In this document: in pieces, positions 52,600 to 64,000 of the stretch | Numbering within the stretch: the stretch's first letter is position 1 | Layout: each line of letters begins with the position of its first letter | DNA from: Octopus sinensis | Taxonomy: Eukaryota | NCBI RefSeq assembly: GCF_006345805.1 | Contig: NC_043000.1 | Span: 97,402,001 to 97,466,000 of the forward strand | DNA: 64,000 bases | Direction: 5' to 3' | The notes under the pieces: generated by a model | Told to the model about the DNA's origin: nothing | Databases searched by the model: none | Seen by the model: only the letters and a program-made list of their open reading frames with translations | Program-made: the position numbers and the translations under genes

Positions 52600-52960
52600 C
52601 TTCGGTCTAGTAGTTATGGAGAAAGAGGCTGTGTAGTGGGTGAGGGTGAAAGGATTGTAGAGAGACACCTTCTTCTTGAGTCAAGCTCTCAACGACTTTT
52701 TAAGTTTCACTTGGAAAGGAAAGTGAGGGTGGAGAGGGAAGTGCTACATCCCAGTGAATTTGTTAAAAGATGAGTGAAGTGGTAAATAGGGGTAGAGTGA
52801 ATAAATACATGTAAACAAGCACCTGTAAACTGGAGAGCATGAGAGAGGGTTCGTGCTTTTTGTGGTCAGGGTAATGCTGGATCTGTAGGGTTATTTCACT
52901 GGCTCAAGTTGGAGTTTCTCCTGTATCAGAACTGCATCATTCTCGTTTATCTCATACTTT
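52600..52960 (+). mobile_element. Probable 3' fragment of a Tx1/L1-type LINE
   Basis: Reads LFKFHLERKVRVEREVL...FVKR, which resembles ORF2 C-termini. Recognised from memory only. Confidence 0.35.
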
Positions 52961-54122
52961 AAATATTATGTTTATCGCATCTCAGTTTTTTTCCATTTCT
53001 TTCTTCCCATCCTTTGTGTAAATCCCCACACAAATTGTTGTCTGCCACTGTGATGTTCCCCCTCATCTGTGCCTCTGTGCCTAATAAAAGAAACTATTAT
53101 TGTTGTTGTTGTTGTTGTTATTATTATCATTATTATTATCATCATTATTATTATAATTATGCAAATAGTACAAGTATCCAACTTCCCATGAATATAATGT
53201 TAAAAGCTACTTTAGCTAAGAAACATCTGTTACTCTCATTCCTTGGCAATGCTTTATGTTTGTCTATTTATACGTCGGAAATACCAGGGCGAAGATTTTC
53301 TTTACAATTACACTATAACCCCACATTAAGTCAGCAACATCCCACAAAAATTGCCGATGTTGAAATATTGTTGTTTAGACCCCTAGTCTGCTCTGACTAC
53401 GCATAATTATTATTGAAGACGTTCGTACCATGTCCATTTTCTTTCACATGAGCATTAGGCATTTAAATGCTACAATACCTTATGTATCACTCCCATTCTA
53501 AGACAAAGAAATGCGTGATTTGAAGGGCAATTTTGAACTAATACGCTCGAACACAATCCGCAGCGTTTTGTGAAGTGATCTGAGTACTTGGCTAAGTGGT
53601 TGAGGTGTTGAACTTGCGATCATAAGGCCGTGGGTTCGATCATTGAACCGAGTGGCACCTGATTTCCCGTTGTATCAGCCTCTTCATCTGAAAAACAGAT
53701 CGTTGGCGCAACCCTTTTTCACTCCATCATTCATGTCCTGGATGGTTCGATGGCTCAAAGATTTACATGTAAAGCAGCCCATCAATCAATCAATCCGTTC
53801 GACAGTTCGACCACCCATCCATCCACTCATCAATCCACCCATGTGTATGCATGTGTGTGTGTAATATATATTCGTTGTTATTATGTTAAATTGTCGTATG
53901 TTCAAATTTGGCCAAATGTGTTTTTTTTTTCAATATTTATTTTTGCTTACAATAGCCGGTTCTCTTGGTCAGACTATCGTATCTTCAGCTGCTTCAGATT
54001 TCAAGATATCTAAAATTGTCAAAGTGTAGTACAATAGTTTTGCTATGGAATGGTACAACTATTCCTTTCATTTTCTGTAAAAGCAACGTTTTGGACTTTT
54101 TTGCATAATAACAATGATATAT

Positions 54123-54156
<34 letters not shown>

Positions 54157-54303
54157 AGACGGGCTTCTTTCAGTTACCGTCTACCAAATCCATTCACAAG
54201 CCTTTGGTTGGCTTGGGCCTATAGCAAAAAGGGACATTTGCCCAAGGTGCCACGAGGTAAGACCATATGCAGTCGTGAAGAACATTCTCACACAACCCAC
54301 GCG

Positions 54304-54306
<3 letters not shown>
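54157..54306 (-). mobile_element. SINE family A, 5' half
   Basis: gacgggcttctttcagtt...ctaccaaatccattcacaag. Confidence 0.7.
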
Positions 54307-54355
<49 letters not shown>

Positions 54356-54987
54356 TATATATTTAGTGGTGTGTGTTTATGTATGTATATATATATATAT
54401 GTATGTATGTATTTATGCATGTATGTATGTATGTATGTATGTAGTATGTATGTATGTATGTGTGTGTATGTATGTACATCTGCCGTATAATGACTGAAAC
54501 AGGCCAAGGTAGATATGCTGCCACACACACGCATATGAACTCTTACATACATACTATATTTATGTGTGTGTGTGTGTGTGTGTACGCGCACGTGCATGTG
54601 TGTGTACTTGTATGTATGCATTTGTGTATCTGTGTATGTATTTATATATGCATGCATGTATACATGTACATATGTCTCCTTTACTGAAAGCCTTAACTGT
54701 GAAACATTCTAAACATGTTGAATCTTGTCTGGAAAGACGACGAAACCTTAGACACTAGTAATTAAATTGGGGTCTATTAGAGACGTTTTAATGGCCATTA
54801 CTGCCGTTTGTTGTGTTTGCTGTTTTGTTGCTGTCTCTGTCACTGCTACTGTTGCTGCTGTTAATATTGTTTTGTTTTGTGTCTGTTGTTTATTGTTGTT
54901 CTTGTTCTTGTTGTTCTTGTTATTGCTGATGGTTATGAAGAATATAACGATGATGATAATGATAATGAAGATAATGACAACAATAAC

Positions 54988-55021
<34 letters not shown>

Positions 55022-55130
55022 TCGATGCTGTTTAAGAAATGTGAATCAGTGAACAAAACATTTATGTGTGTGTGTGTGTGTGTGTGTATGTATCTATGTA
55101 TGTGTATATATATACATATATATATGTTTC

Positions 55131-55170
<40 letters not shown>

Positions 55171-57039
55171 TGCTGTTGTTGTGGGTGGGGATGAGTAGCA
55201 GGGAATTAAAGCCATTACTGTAGAGGTATGAATTTTCAGTATTCATTGTCAGGCACACCTTTATGTTCTGAGTTCAAATCTTCGTGATGTCGACTTTAGA
55301 TTTCTGTCTCTCTAGAATCAGTGAAATAATCGGGATCAATATATTCGACTGGTAATTCTCTCTGCTGTAGTTTATGGGTTGTGTCAATGTTAGAAATCAA
55401 TATCTATTGCCGGGCATGTTAAATTCATTTGTTTAGAGATTTATTGCAAAAAGATGAGATTTTCATTCGTCAATAGCTTTGCCGTCTCTGGCTCAGCTAT
55501 CTGCGAAGTATTATCATCCACACTGACGAATCCAAAGAGCCTGCACAAAAATTTAATTAATGTAGAATGAATCAATGCGCCAGTATGTATTCCTATCGTT
55601 ATACATCACAATAACATCACAATCATTTCGCATTCATTACATAATCACTACAGACTCACTGCAATCATGAAACAATCATCACACAGCCACTGCTTGCTAA
55701 TTACAATTCTACATAATCCCAAATTCCATTTATTATCACTACAGGATCACAATACAATCTCTACAAAGGAAATACGCAGCCACTAAACATAGTAGGAAAA
55801 CAGTATTGTAACACTACATACTCTCTATTTATTCTACTTATGCAGAACACACGACTACAACCCTAAAATTTATCGTTAGTACTGAGCCTAGTGTATTCCA
55901 TTGAACTTTTATATCGCCCGCACACCTGTAACTTTACTCAAAAACTACACTACAAAGGCATGACTTCTTTTTCAGAGCCAGTAAACAACACTTTATTCAT
56001 CAGTCGATGATCTTTAACAAAACCTCAAATATGACCCAGATTAATTCCCATACAAGACAAACTCCATGGTGTGTTTAAAGAGTTCTTAAAACTAATTGTT
56101 GAAAATTTATTTACTAACACGCGATAACACTTCAGCGTTGTTACTTTCTGTGTCTCCTCTACCGCTTCGCTTCCTCTTTAGGATGCATCATAATCTCAAA
56201 ACCTCACATTAAACACGTTCCTACACCCGAATTTTTCTTTCTCGAACAGTAAGCCTTTAGTATTCATTCTGCATCCAACTCACCAAATTAGAAAGGCATA
56301 TAGAGGTCATAAATATCACCTCTTCTTAAGACAAACCCTTTCCTTCTTATAGGACGAAAGTATATATTTCTCGTATATTTCTTCTAGTTTTCCTGTACTT
56401 CTTCGTAACAAGTGAACTAAAGCACAAGGGCCTAAAGATAGAAAATATTTGAGATTTTCATAGTTTCGCAAAGACCTCAGTGGTATAGATGAAGAGAAAT
56501 GGATTTTATCAAGAATAAAGGAATGCGTCTCTAAATGCCTACTCGGACTGTTAAAAATAGCTACTAATTCCCCCTCGCGCTACACTGTCTACCATCATAA
56601 CAACGAGAAGTTTTCATTGCATAATACTGTACTAAATACACACCGGTTGCTAAAATAAAAATAGGAAGGTTTCCAATGCACCATCCTGTTAGGTGGCCTA
56701 AAATAATCCTTTCTACGATTCTGCCAGCTCGCTTTCTTAGTCTTTTTTTTCTTGTTTAAGTCATTAGACTATGGTCATGCTGGTGCACCGCCTTGAAGAA
56801 TTTTTCTAGTGTTTTTCGTGAATTATCAGGAGGTGTTTCTGATTTTTAATTGATACCTGGAACTTTGGTAATATTATTCTATTCACAATTACTGAATTGC
56901 AGTCATACTGGAGCACCGCCTGGAATGACTTTAGTCGATTAAATTAGTCATTACATCCCAATACTTATGTATTCAATTGTTATTATTATTTTTATTGTTA
57001 AAGTGAAAGTATCTGACATAAAATAGAGAAGCGTTTTTG

Positions 57040-57403
57040 TTTCACTTTTAACACGTAATACTGAAATAGTGGAGAAGATATGATATTGCTATAGGCTCGC
57101 TCTAGGCAAGAAGTTGAACATTTTTTTTGCCCATGAAACTACATGGACCCTAAGTAAGGCATGTGTAAAATTTGAATGGAATTAGCCGTGTAGTTCTCAA
57201 GTTTTCGGGAATCGTAGTGGAGAAGATATGCTATTGCTGTGGGCTCGCTCTAGGCAAAAAAGTTCAAAATTTGTTTTGCCGATGACACTCCCCGGACCCT
57301 AAGTAAGGCATGTGTAAAATTTGAATGAAATTGGTTGTGCAGTTCTCAAGTTTTAGGGAAACAGACAGACAGACACACATTCTCAGTTTTATATATATAA
57401 AGA
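57040..57403 (+). mobile_element. DINE-1/HINE-like non-autonomous Helitron-type element with two 148-bp internal repeats
   Basis: agtggagaagatatg recurs at 57068 and 57216. Ends with cagacagacagac...tttatatatataagat. Confidence 0.55.
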
Positions 57404-57971
57404 TATATATATATATATATATACATACACACACATATATTTATATATACACATGCACACATAGACATACATATATTCGTATACACATGCATCCTTACAT
57501 ACATACATAATTAAATACATATATACATGCATGCATACATACACACACATGCACTCATACATACATACATACATACATACATACATACATACATACATAC
57601 ATACATACATACATACATACATACATACATACGTACATGTGTATGAGTGTGCTTTTCTTGGAATTTATTTGAATTCCTCAAAAAGAAATACTTAACCGCC
57701 ATTAACAGAGTGACATAAGCTTTCCTTGTTAAACATTCGAGACAGCTCCAGATATTTGTGAATATGTTCATGTTTGCATACACATGGGTGTATGAAGTTA
57801 TTCCGTGGGTATTTCTATATGTGCAAATATTCTTTCTTTCATGCTACGTGTAGACATACCCTTTTAACGTGTCTGTATCCTATGCTCCAGTATGTACACA
57901 TCTCATGGAGGGGTCTCATAGACTGGTTTAAAGTAAAGGCTGTTTGTCTTTAATTTCACATCTGTCAACTT

Positions 57972-58007
57972 TTTCCTGAAGAAAGACCTTTGTTCGAAAC
58001 GTTGAAA
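57972..58007 (+). ncRNA. Minimal hammerhead-like motif with weak stem II
   Basis: UUUC-CUGAAGA-AAGACCUUUGUUC-GAAAC-GUU-GAAA. Confidence 0.5.
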
Positions 58008-58049
58008 GAAAGAAAGACAGAAAAAAAGAAAGGAAGAAAGAAAGAAGTG

Positions 58050-58088
<39 letters not shown>

Positions 58089-58641
58089 ACGAAGGAAGGA
58101 AGGAAGAAAGAAAGAAAAGAGGAATGATGAATGAAAGAGAGAAAGAAAGGGAGGGAGGGAGGGAGGAATGAAGGAAGGGGGAAGGAAGGAAGGAAGAAAG
58201 AAAGAAGGAATGAACGAAGGAAGGAAAGGGGAAGGAAATAAGGAAGGAAAGAAGAAAGAAAGAATGAAGAAAAAAAGAAAGAAAGAGAGAACGAAGGAAG
58301 GAAAGAAGGAAGAAAGAAAAGAGGAATGATGAAAGAAAAGAGAAAGAAAGGGAGGGAGGGAGGAATGAAGAAGGGGAAGGAAGGAAGGAAGAAAGAAGAA
58401 GGAACGAAGGAAGGAAGAAAGGGGAAGGAAAAAGGAAGGAAGAAGAAAGAAAGAAAAGAGAAAAAGAAAGAAAGAAAGAAAGAAGAAAGGAAGAGACGGA
58501 AGGAAGGGAAAGACGAAAGAAGAAAGAAAGAAAAAGAAAGAAAGAAAGAAAAGAGAAAGAAAGAAAGGGCGAAGGAAGGAAGGAAAAAAGAAGAAAGAAA
58601 GAAGAAAGAAAAGAGAAAGAAAGAAGAAGAAGAAGAAAGAA

Positions 58642-58672
<31 letters not shown>

Positions 58673-58833
58673 GAAGGAAGGAAAGAAGGAAGAAGGAGGA
58701 AAATAAGAAAGAAAGAAGAAAGAAAGAAGAAAGAAGGAAGAAAAAGGAAATAAAAAAAAAAAAAAAAAGAACGAAAAAGAAAGAAAGGAAGGAAAGAAGG
58801 ATGAACGAAAGAAAGAAAGAAAGAAAGAAAGAA
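58004..58833 (+). repeat. ~830-bp polypurine (GAAA/GGAA)n tract with internal re-duplication
   Basis: Almost no pyrimidines; the gaaaagaggaatgatgaa...gaaagggagggaggg block occurs twice (~58115 and ~58315). Confidence 0.95.
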
Positions 58834-60061
58834 GGGGTTACAGTTTCATGTATAGTTTGTATTAGAGGCAGAACTGCGTTTCAAAATGACAAAAACATTT
58901 CGGATTAGCACTTAGTAGTGTCGATAAATAAGCGACTAAGTGTCGATACAAACGGACAACGATGTCACTGAAAACTTAGCGAGTCACCTACTTCAATTGC
59001 AACTATCATCACCCTGCCATCTCAGCAACATGGAGACACGAGTATATTTCTAGCCATCCTCTCCAACATGGCGACAACAATTATTTCACATAAAAAAAAA
59101 ACTGTCATCTATAAACTGACACTTTGCTTATTAAGTTTGTCACATGACAAAATTACTGTGCCGAGTATTTCCCCTGACAAGCTGGAGATGTTTACTTCAA
59201 AATTTGCTTGCATTATATGCACGTTTTGTATCTACGTATGCATGCTGATATATGTGTGTTTGAGTGTGTGTGTGTGTTGTGTGTGTGTGTGTGTGTATGT
59301 ATGTATTTATGGATTGATGGATGGATGGATGGATGGATGGATGGATGGATGGTTGGATGGATGTATGCATGTAAGTATGCATATATTTAGAGAGAGAGAC
59401 AGACAGACAAACATATATGCATACGCACACTTGATTGTATGTGTGTATGTTTGTGCGCACTTATGTGTGAATGTGTATGGTTGTGAGGGAGTGTGCGTGT
59501 GTGTGTGTGTCTGCGTGCGTGCGTACGTGTGCGCGTGTGTGTGAGTATAAGTGCTTATTACATGAAAAGTTATCCTCTGTGAGTTTTGCCCTGGACTGTT
59601 CACGAGATTTGTATGTATGTATGTATGTATGAGTGTGTGTATATATATGTATATATACATATATGGAGGTTGCGTATATACATATAATTATATGCATGTA
59701 TACACACACACATATTCTTATATAAGTGTATGCACATGTTCTTACCCCTTCTCCTATTTATGTAGTGTATGTACATATATACATACATATATAATACATA
59801 CATACATACATACATACATACATACATACATACATACATACATACATACATACATAAGACTATTTTTTATTCTGTGACTTGGTTTTGTTTTAGACAGCAA
59901 ATTCTTCAGATAAATATTATTCTAACGAAAGACATTCTTTTGAAGAAGGAAACCTTGAGCATTTAATGAATATTCTCTTTACCATGAAACCTAACCGCTA
60001 AAAAGTACTAATTATTTATCTAGTAAATCATGATAAACAGATTCACCCTATAAAGATACTG

Positions 60062-60892
60062 TGAAGGTGCGTGGCTTAGTGGTTAGGGTATTCGGCTGAT
60101 GATCGTAAGGTCGTGAGTTCAATTCCCAGCAACGCATTTCCTGTTTGAAGAAGACACTTTATTTCACGTTGCTTCAGTCCTCTCAGCTGAAAAAATATAA
60201 AATGAATAGTACCGTAAATCCTCGAGTATAGTCCGTCCTTGAGTATAATACGTAGAGGATTTTTGGGGGGCTGTATCTCTGAAAAACCTAAACCTTGTGT
60301 ATAATACGCACCTCTTCTCTAACTTTAGTCATGGAGGTCTATATAACGTCCTTGGTTTGTAAAAATGTATACGGTAACGTCCTTTATTATTATTGTACAT
60401 ATAACATAATGCAAACGTGTAGCTTTTTTGTGCATTTTGTTAGCATAAAACAAAGAAATAACAGTACTAATGTTTAATAAATGTTGCTTACTGCAAGTTA
60501 TGGATGATTCTTTTATGACTTCATTGCCTTCTGGCTTAGCTTAAGGTATTTTCGCCCCCGACATCACAAAATGCGTCTGAATAAACATTGCTGGACAGCA
60601 AATAGAGACTTGGACATTGCTTAGAAAATAATTTTCATTTTTAATCTCGTATACAGTACGCACTAGGGATTTTGACCTTTAAATTTTGGGGAAAAATTGC
60701 GGATTATACTCGAGGATTTACGGTACCTGAATTTTAAAGGGCCACCCTTGTGACACTCAGTTCCACGCTGAATCTCCCTGATAACTATGTTTAAGCTTCA
60801 CGTTATTATGAAGTGCACGTTAATTTCACGAGCAGGTTGTTCCGTTGATCGGATTAAGTGGAGCCTTCGTCATCGTAACTGATGGAGTGCCC
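60062..60892 (+). mobile_element. SINE family C interrupted by a MITE
   Basis: Head 60062-60211 and remainder 60724-60892 join at agTA|cctg. Confidence 0.8.
60212..60723. mobile_element. Tc2/pogo-type MITE (512 bp)
   Basis: TA target-site duplication; 24-bp TIR ccgtaaatcctcgagtata(g/a)tccg with 1 mismatch; subterminal gtataatacg repeats. Confidence 0.85.
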
Positions 60893-60944
60893 GTTATATA
60901 CACAAGATATTGAATACAGCCTGTTTTTATATATATATACGTTT

Positions 60945-61436
<492 letters not shown>

Positions 61437-61989
61437 GGAGTGCCGCCTGGGTGGGTAGCAAGGCAGACAGTGCTTATCAATAAAATCGATTGTAAAATTT
61501 TCCTTTTATGACAAAATATACATCTAATTCAATAAAATTATGAAGGTTACTCTGATTATTATGGATAAAATGCAAAATATTTTATTGTTTTGCAGATTAG
61601 GTAGGCATAATTCGCCCCTGCCTTTCAATCTCAGTATAGTACTGCTGTAGTACACGTGCTGCGTACACTCCTACAACAACGTTTTCTTTACGTGCCTCCA
61701 ATTCAGTCGCGCGCCTATGTTCCGCTTATTTTTTGTTTTTTACTACATAAACGTCACCAAATACCTACAAGATGACCCAATTATCTAGTAGAGATAAAAG
61801 AAATGTCAACCTGAAAAGAAGGATCTGAATGTTCGAAATCATTTGGAAATAATTGAGGAATCGGCAGGTGGACTGTTATGGAATTGAAACGAAGTAAACC
61901 CGGCGGGGAGTGAATACGCAGTTCAAGTCCTATCAGTGAAGCTATTTCTCTGTTTTCTTTTTTCTCTCTCTTTGGTTCAGGTTGGGTGC

Positions 61990-63470
61990 TCAGATTGATG
62001 TTTATGATATCTAATATCACTTATGGCTTTCCCTCCAATGTTTGTGCCAAAAACTTTTCCACAGAACCCACAATACACTCAGGTACTGCCTGCACGGAAT
62101 GGGTTTCTTCTTGTTTCTTTAATGATTCGATGTAGATGCGACACTTATCTTTCATAATAATGACACTTCTGTTGATTGCTGTTCTCCAAACTACTGTCAT
62201 TAGCGACGCTTCCATATTCTTATAATAAATATGGCACTTGATCACACTGCTCTACTAAGATCACACTGCCCTACCTGATATCACTGAAACACTTCAATTC
62301 CCCTCTTCTGTGTGTTCTTTAAAAATGTACATCAAAGTGTAACTCGTTTGGAAGTCTGTTGTCTTCTGCACATCTGACATGGCCTAGCAACCGTAATTGT
62401 TGTTCACACAGGATTGACATCAAACTTGGCAGTTGCTATATCTGCAGCACTTCGTTATTGATGACTTTATCTTGCCATGAGATATTTAGAACCTTACAGG
62501 AGCATTGTAAATTACTTTAGTTTCTTGTTTTCTTTTTGCAATTATTGGGTATGTTGTCATTGTCATGGAACCATACAGTAGTGCGACAAGGGTGCGTTTT
62601 TCCACATGCTCAGGACGCTTGATTCTGATCTTAGTCGATTTTCTTCTTGTAAGTTTTACTTTGCTTATTCTAGCATATTCTGCAATAAAGATAGATACTA
62701 ATTGTGTCTCAGTAAACCCGCGCAGGAAAACTCATCAACTGTTACCAATGGGAATCTATCTAAGGTGATGTAAACATAATCACTGCTTCTCTGGATAGAG
62801 TAAGTGGCTGATATCACGAGAAAAGTTCTTCCTAATTAAGGAAATCTTGTCAGTAATTTCTTGTAATATTGATTCCCAGTAAGTAACAAGTGCTACATTA
62901 TCAGTATACGGTTCTCAAAAGATGGATCTTGATGTGTTGGTCATAGTAATAAGTTGTGCTCCATTGAACAAGCACTATTCTGTCTAACAATAGCGGAAAA
63001 CATCATTAGGTATTACCTTCAAAGCATATTGCAGTAATACAGGAAAATGTTTTCCAAACAAATTTGGAGTAAAAACGTAACCCAGCTCGAATTCACTCTT
63101 GATTCAAAACTGTCTGATGGAATCATAAAATTACATATTGCCTTTTATATTTTCGTGAAATATACTCGAGTTATGTTAGAAGCTTCCCATTTGCCGCCAC
63201 TGCCTTAAAAAGATCTGACCTACGGACTGTATTAAATGTTTTAACGAGATATTCGAAAATAGTATAAAGTTTCTGAAGATGAGCAATGAAAATATTACCA
63301 CAATGCTGGATAGGGTACCAAGTTGCTTCTTTAAAATTTTCAACTGATGACCTGTCTGTTAAGCCAGAAATAACAGTTAAACAGATGGATTGAGTACGAC
63401 TTCTCGCAAGATGAAAGGTAAGCGGACAGCTAGATAACATGAGTGTATCAAACCCTCTAAAATGATACAA
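61990..63470 (-). mobile_element. RTE (BovB-like) LINE relic
   Basis: Minus strand gives YTDNVALV (degenerate YADD, ~62908-62885), NISWQDKVINNEVLQ (~62487-62442) and QQLRLLGHVRC (~62402-62368). Many stops and frameshifts. Confidence 0.75.
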
Positions 63471-63927
63471 CTAAATGAAAAAACCCTGCTGCAGGACCCT
63501 AAAAATTTATACGTGAACTATGTAGTATAAAATCACAAGTAGTGACAACATTACAGTTGATCTCTAATAGAAAAATCTTTTCTTCTACCTATATTAATTC
63601 CTGATCCATTGTTGGAGATAAGGGACCATTCCATATCAATAAAGAAACTTTACTATTGTGGTATCATACATCATAAAAACAAAATAGGCAAAAGCGATTG
63701 TAATAGCTACAGAAAATTTTCTTTCTTTGCATATCTTTACAGAAAAATAGTTGTCCCGTTTTATTGAAAAGCAACTACAAAGCTTGGATGATAGGCGAGG
63801 TTGCCACCAGGAAGCTAATACTCGTTCAGGCATGTCCGATCTACCGATCGGCCTTATTATGTATGTGTGTGTGTATATATATATATACACACACATAAAT
63901 GTACATATGTGTGTATAAATATATATG

Positions 63928-63960
<33 letters not shown>

Positions 63961-63966
63961 ATATTC

Positions 63967-64000
<34 letters not shown>

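Noticed and set aside
57068-57360. CRISPR-like or gene-internal repeat
   Set aside because: Two contiguous 148-bp units with no spacers, inside a Helitron-like element. No prokaryotic features anywhere in the window.
58326-58706. 126-aa K/E/R-rich ORF
   Set aside because: Translation of the (GAAA/GGAA)n tract.

Overview
AT-rich, microsatellite-saturated, non-genic or intronic animal DNA. The SINE families and repeat load point to a coleoid cephalopod, most likely Octopus; this is inferred from repeat content only. No host gene can be called with confidence, only a few weak candidate exons. Nearly every long ORF in the track is a microsatellite artefact or a transposon relic. Recognisable elements: a full-length but dead Tc1 (DD34E) transposon; an internally deleted mariner; Tc1-, mariner-, Tc2- and hAT-type MITEs; a CR1/L2-group LINE whose 3' tail is shared with the commonest SINE; RTE fragments; a Helitron helicase relic; three tRNA-derived SINE families; two 5'-truncated 5S rRNA copies; and a near-identical 1,276-bp tandem duplication bounded by (TAG)n tracts. 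Two things stand out. First, eight minimal hammerhead-ribozyme-like motifs plus one half-motif lie in Penelope-type terminal-repeat fragments. These include a recurring core variant (CUGUNGA) and two inverted pairs. Second, a 2.2-kb ORF1-only Tx1/L1-type retroelement sits inside the tRNA head of a SINE, about 95 bp from a 5S copy. All folds and alignments were done by eye and none has been computed.
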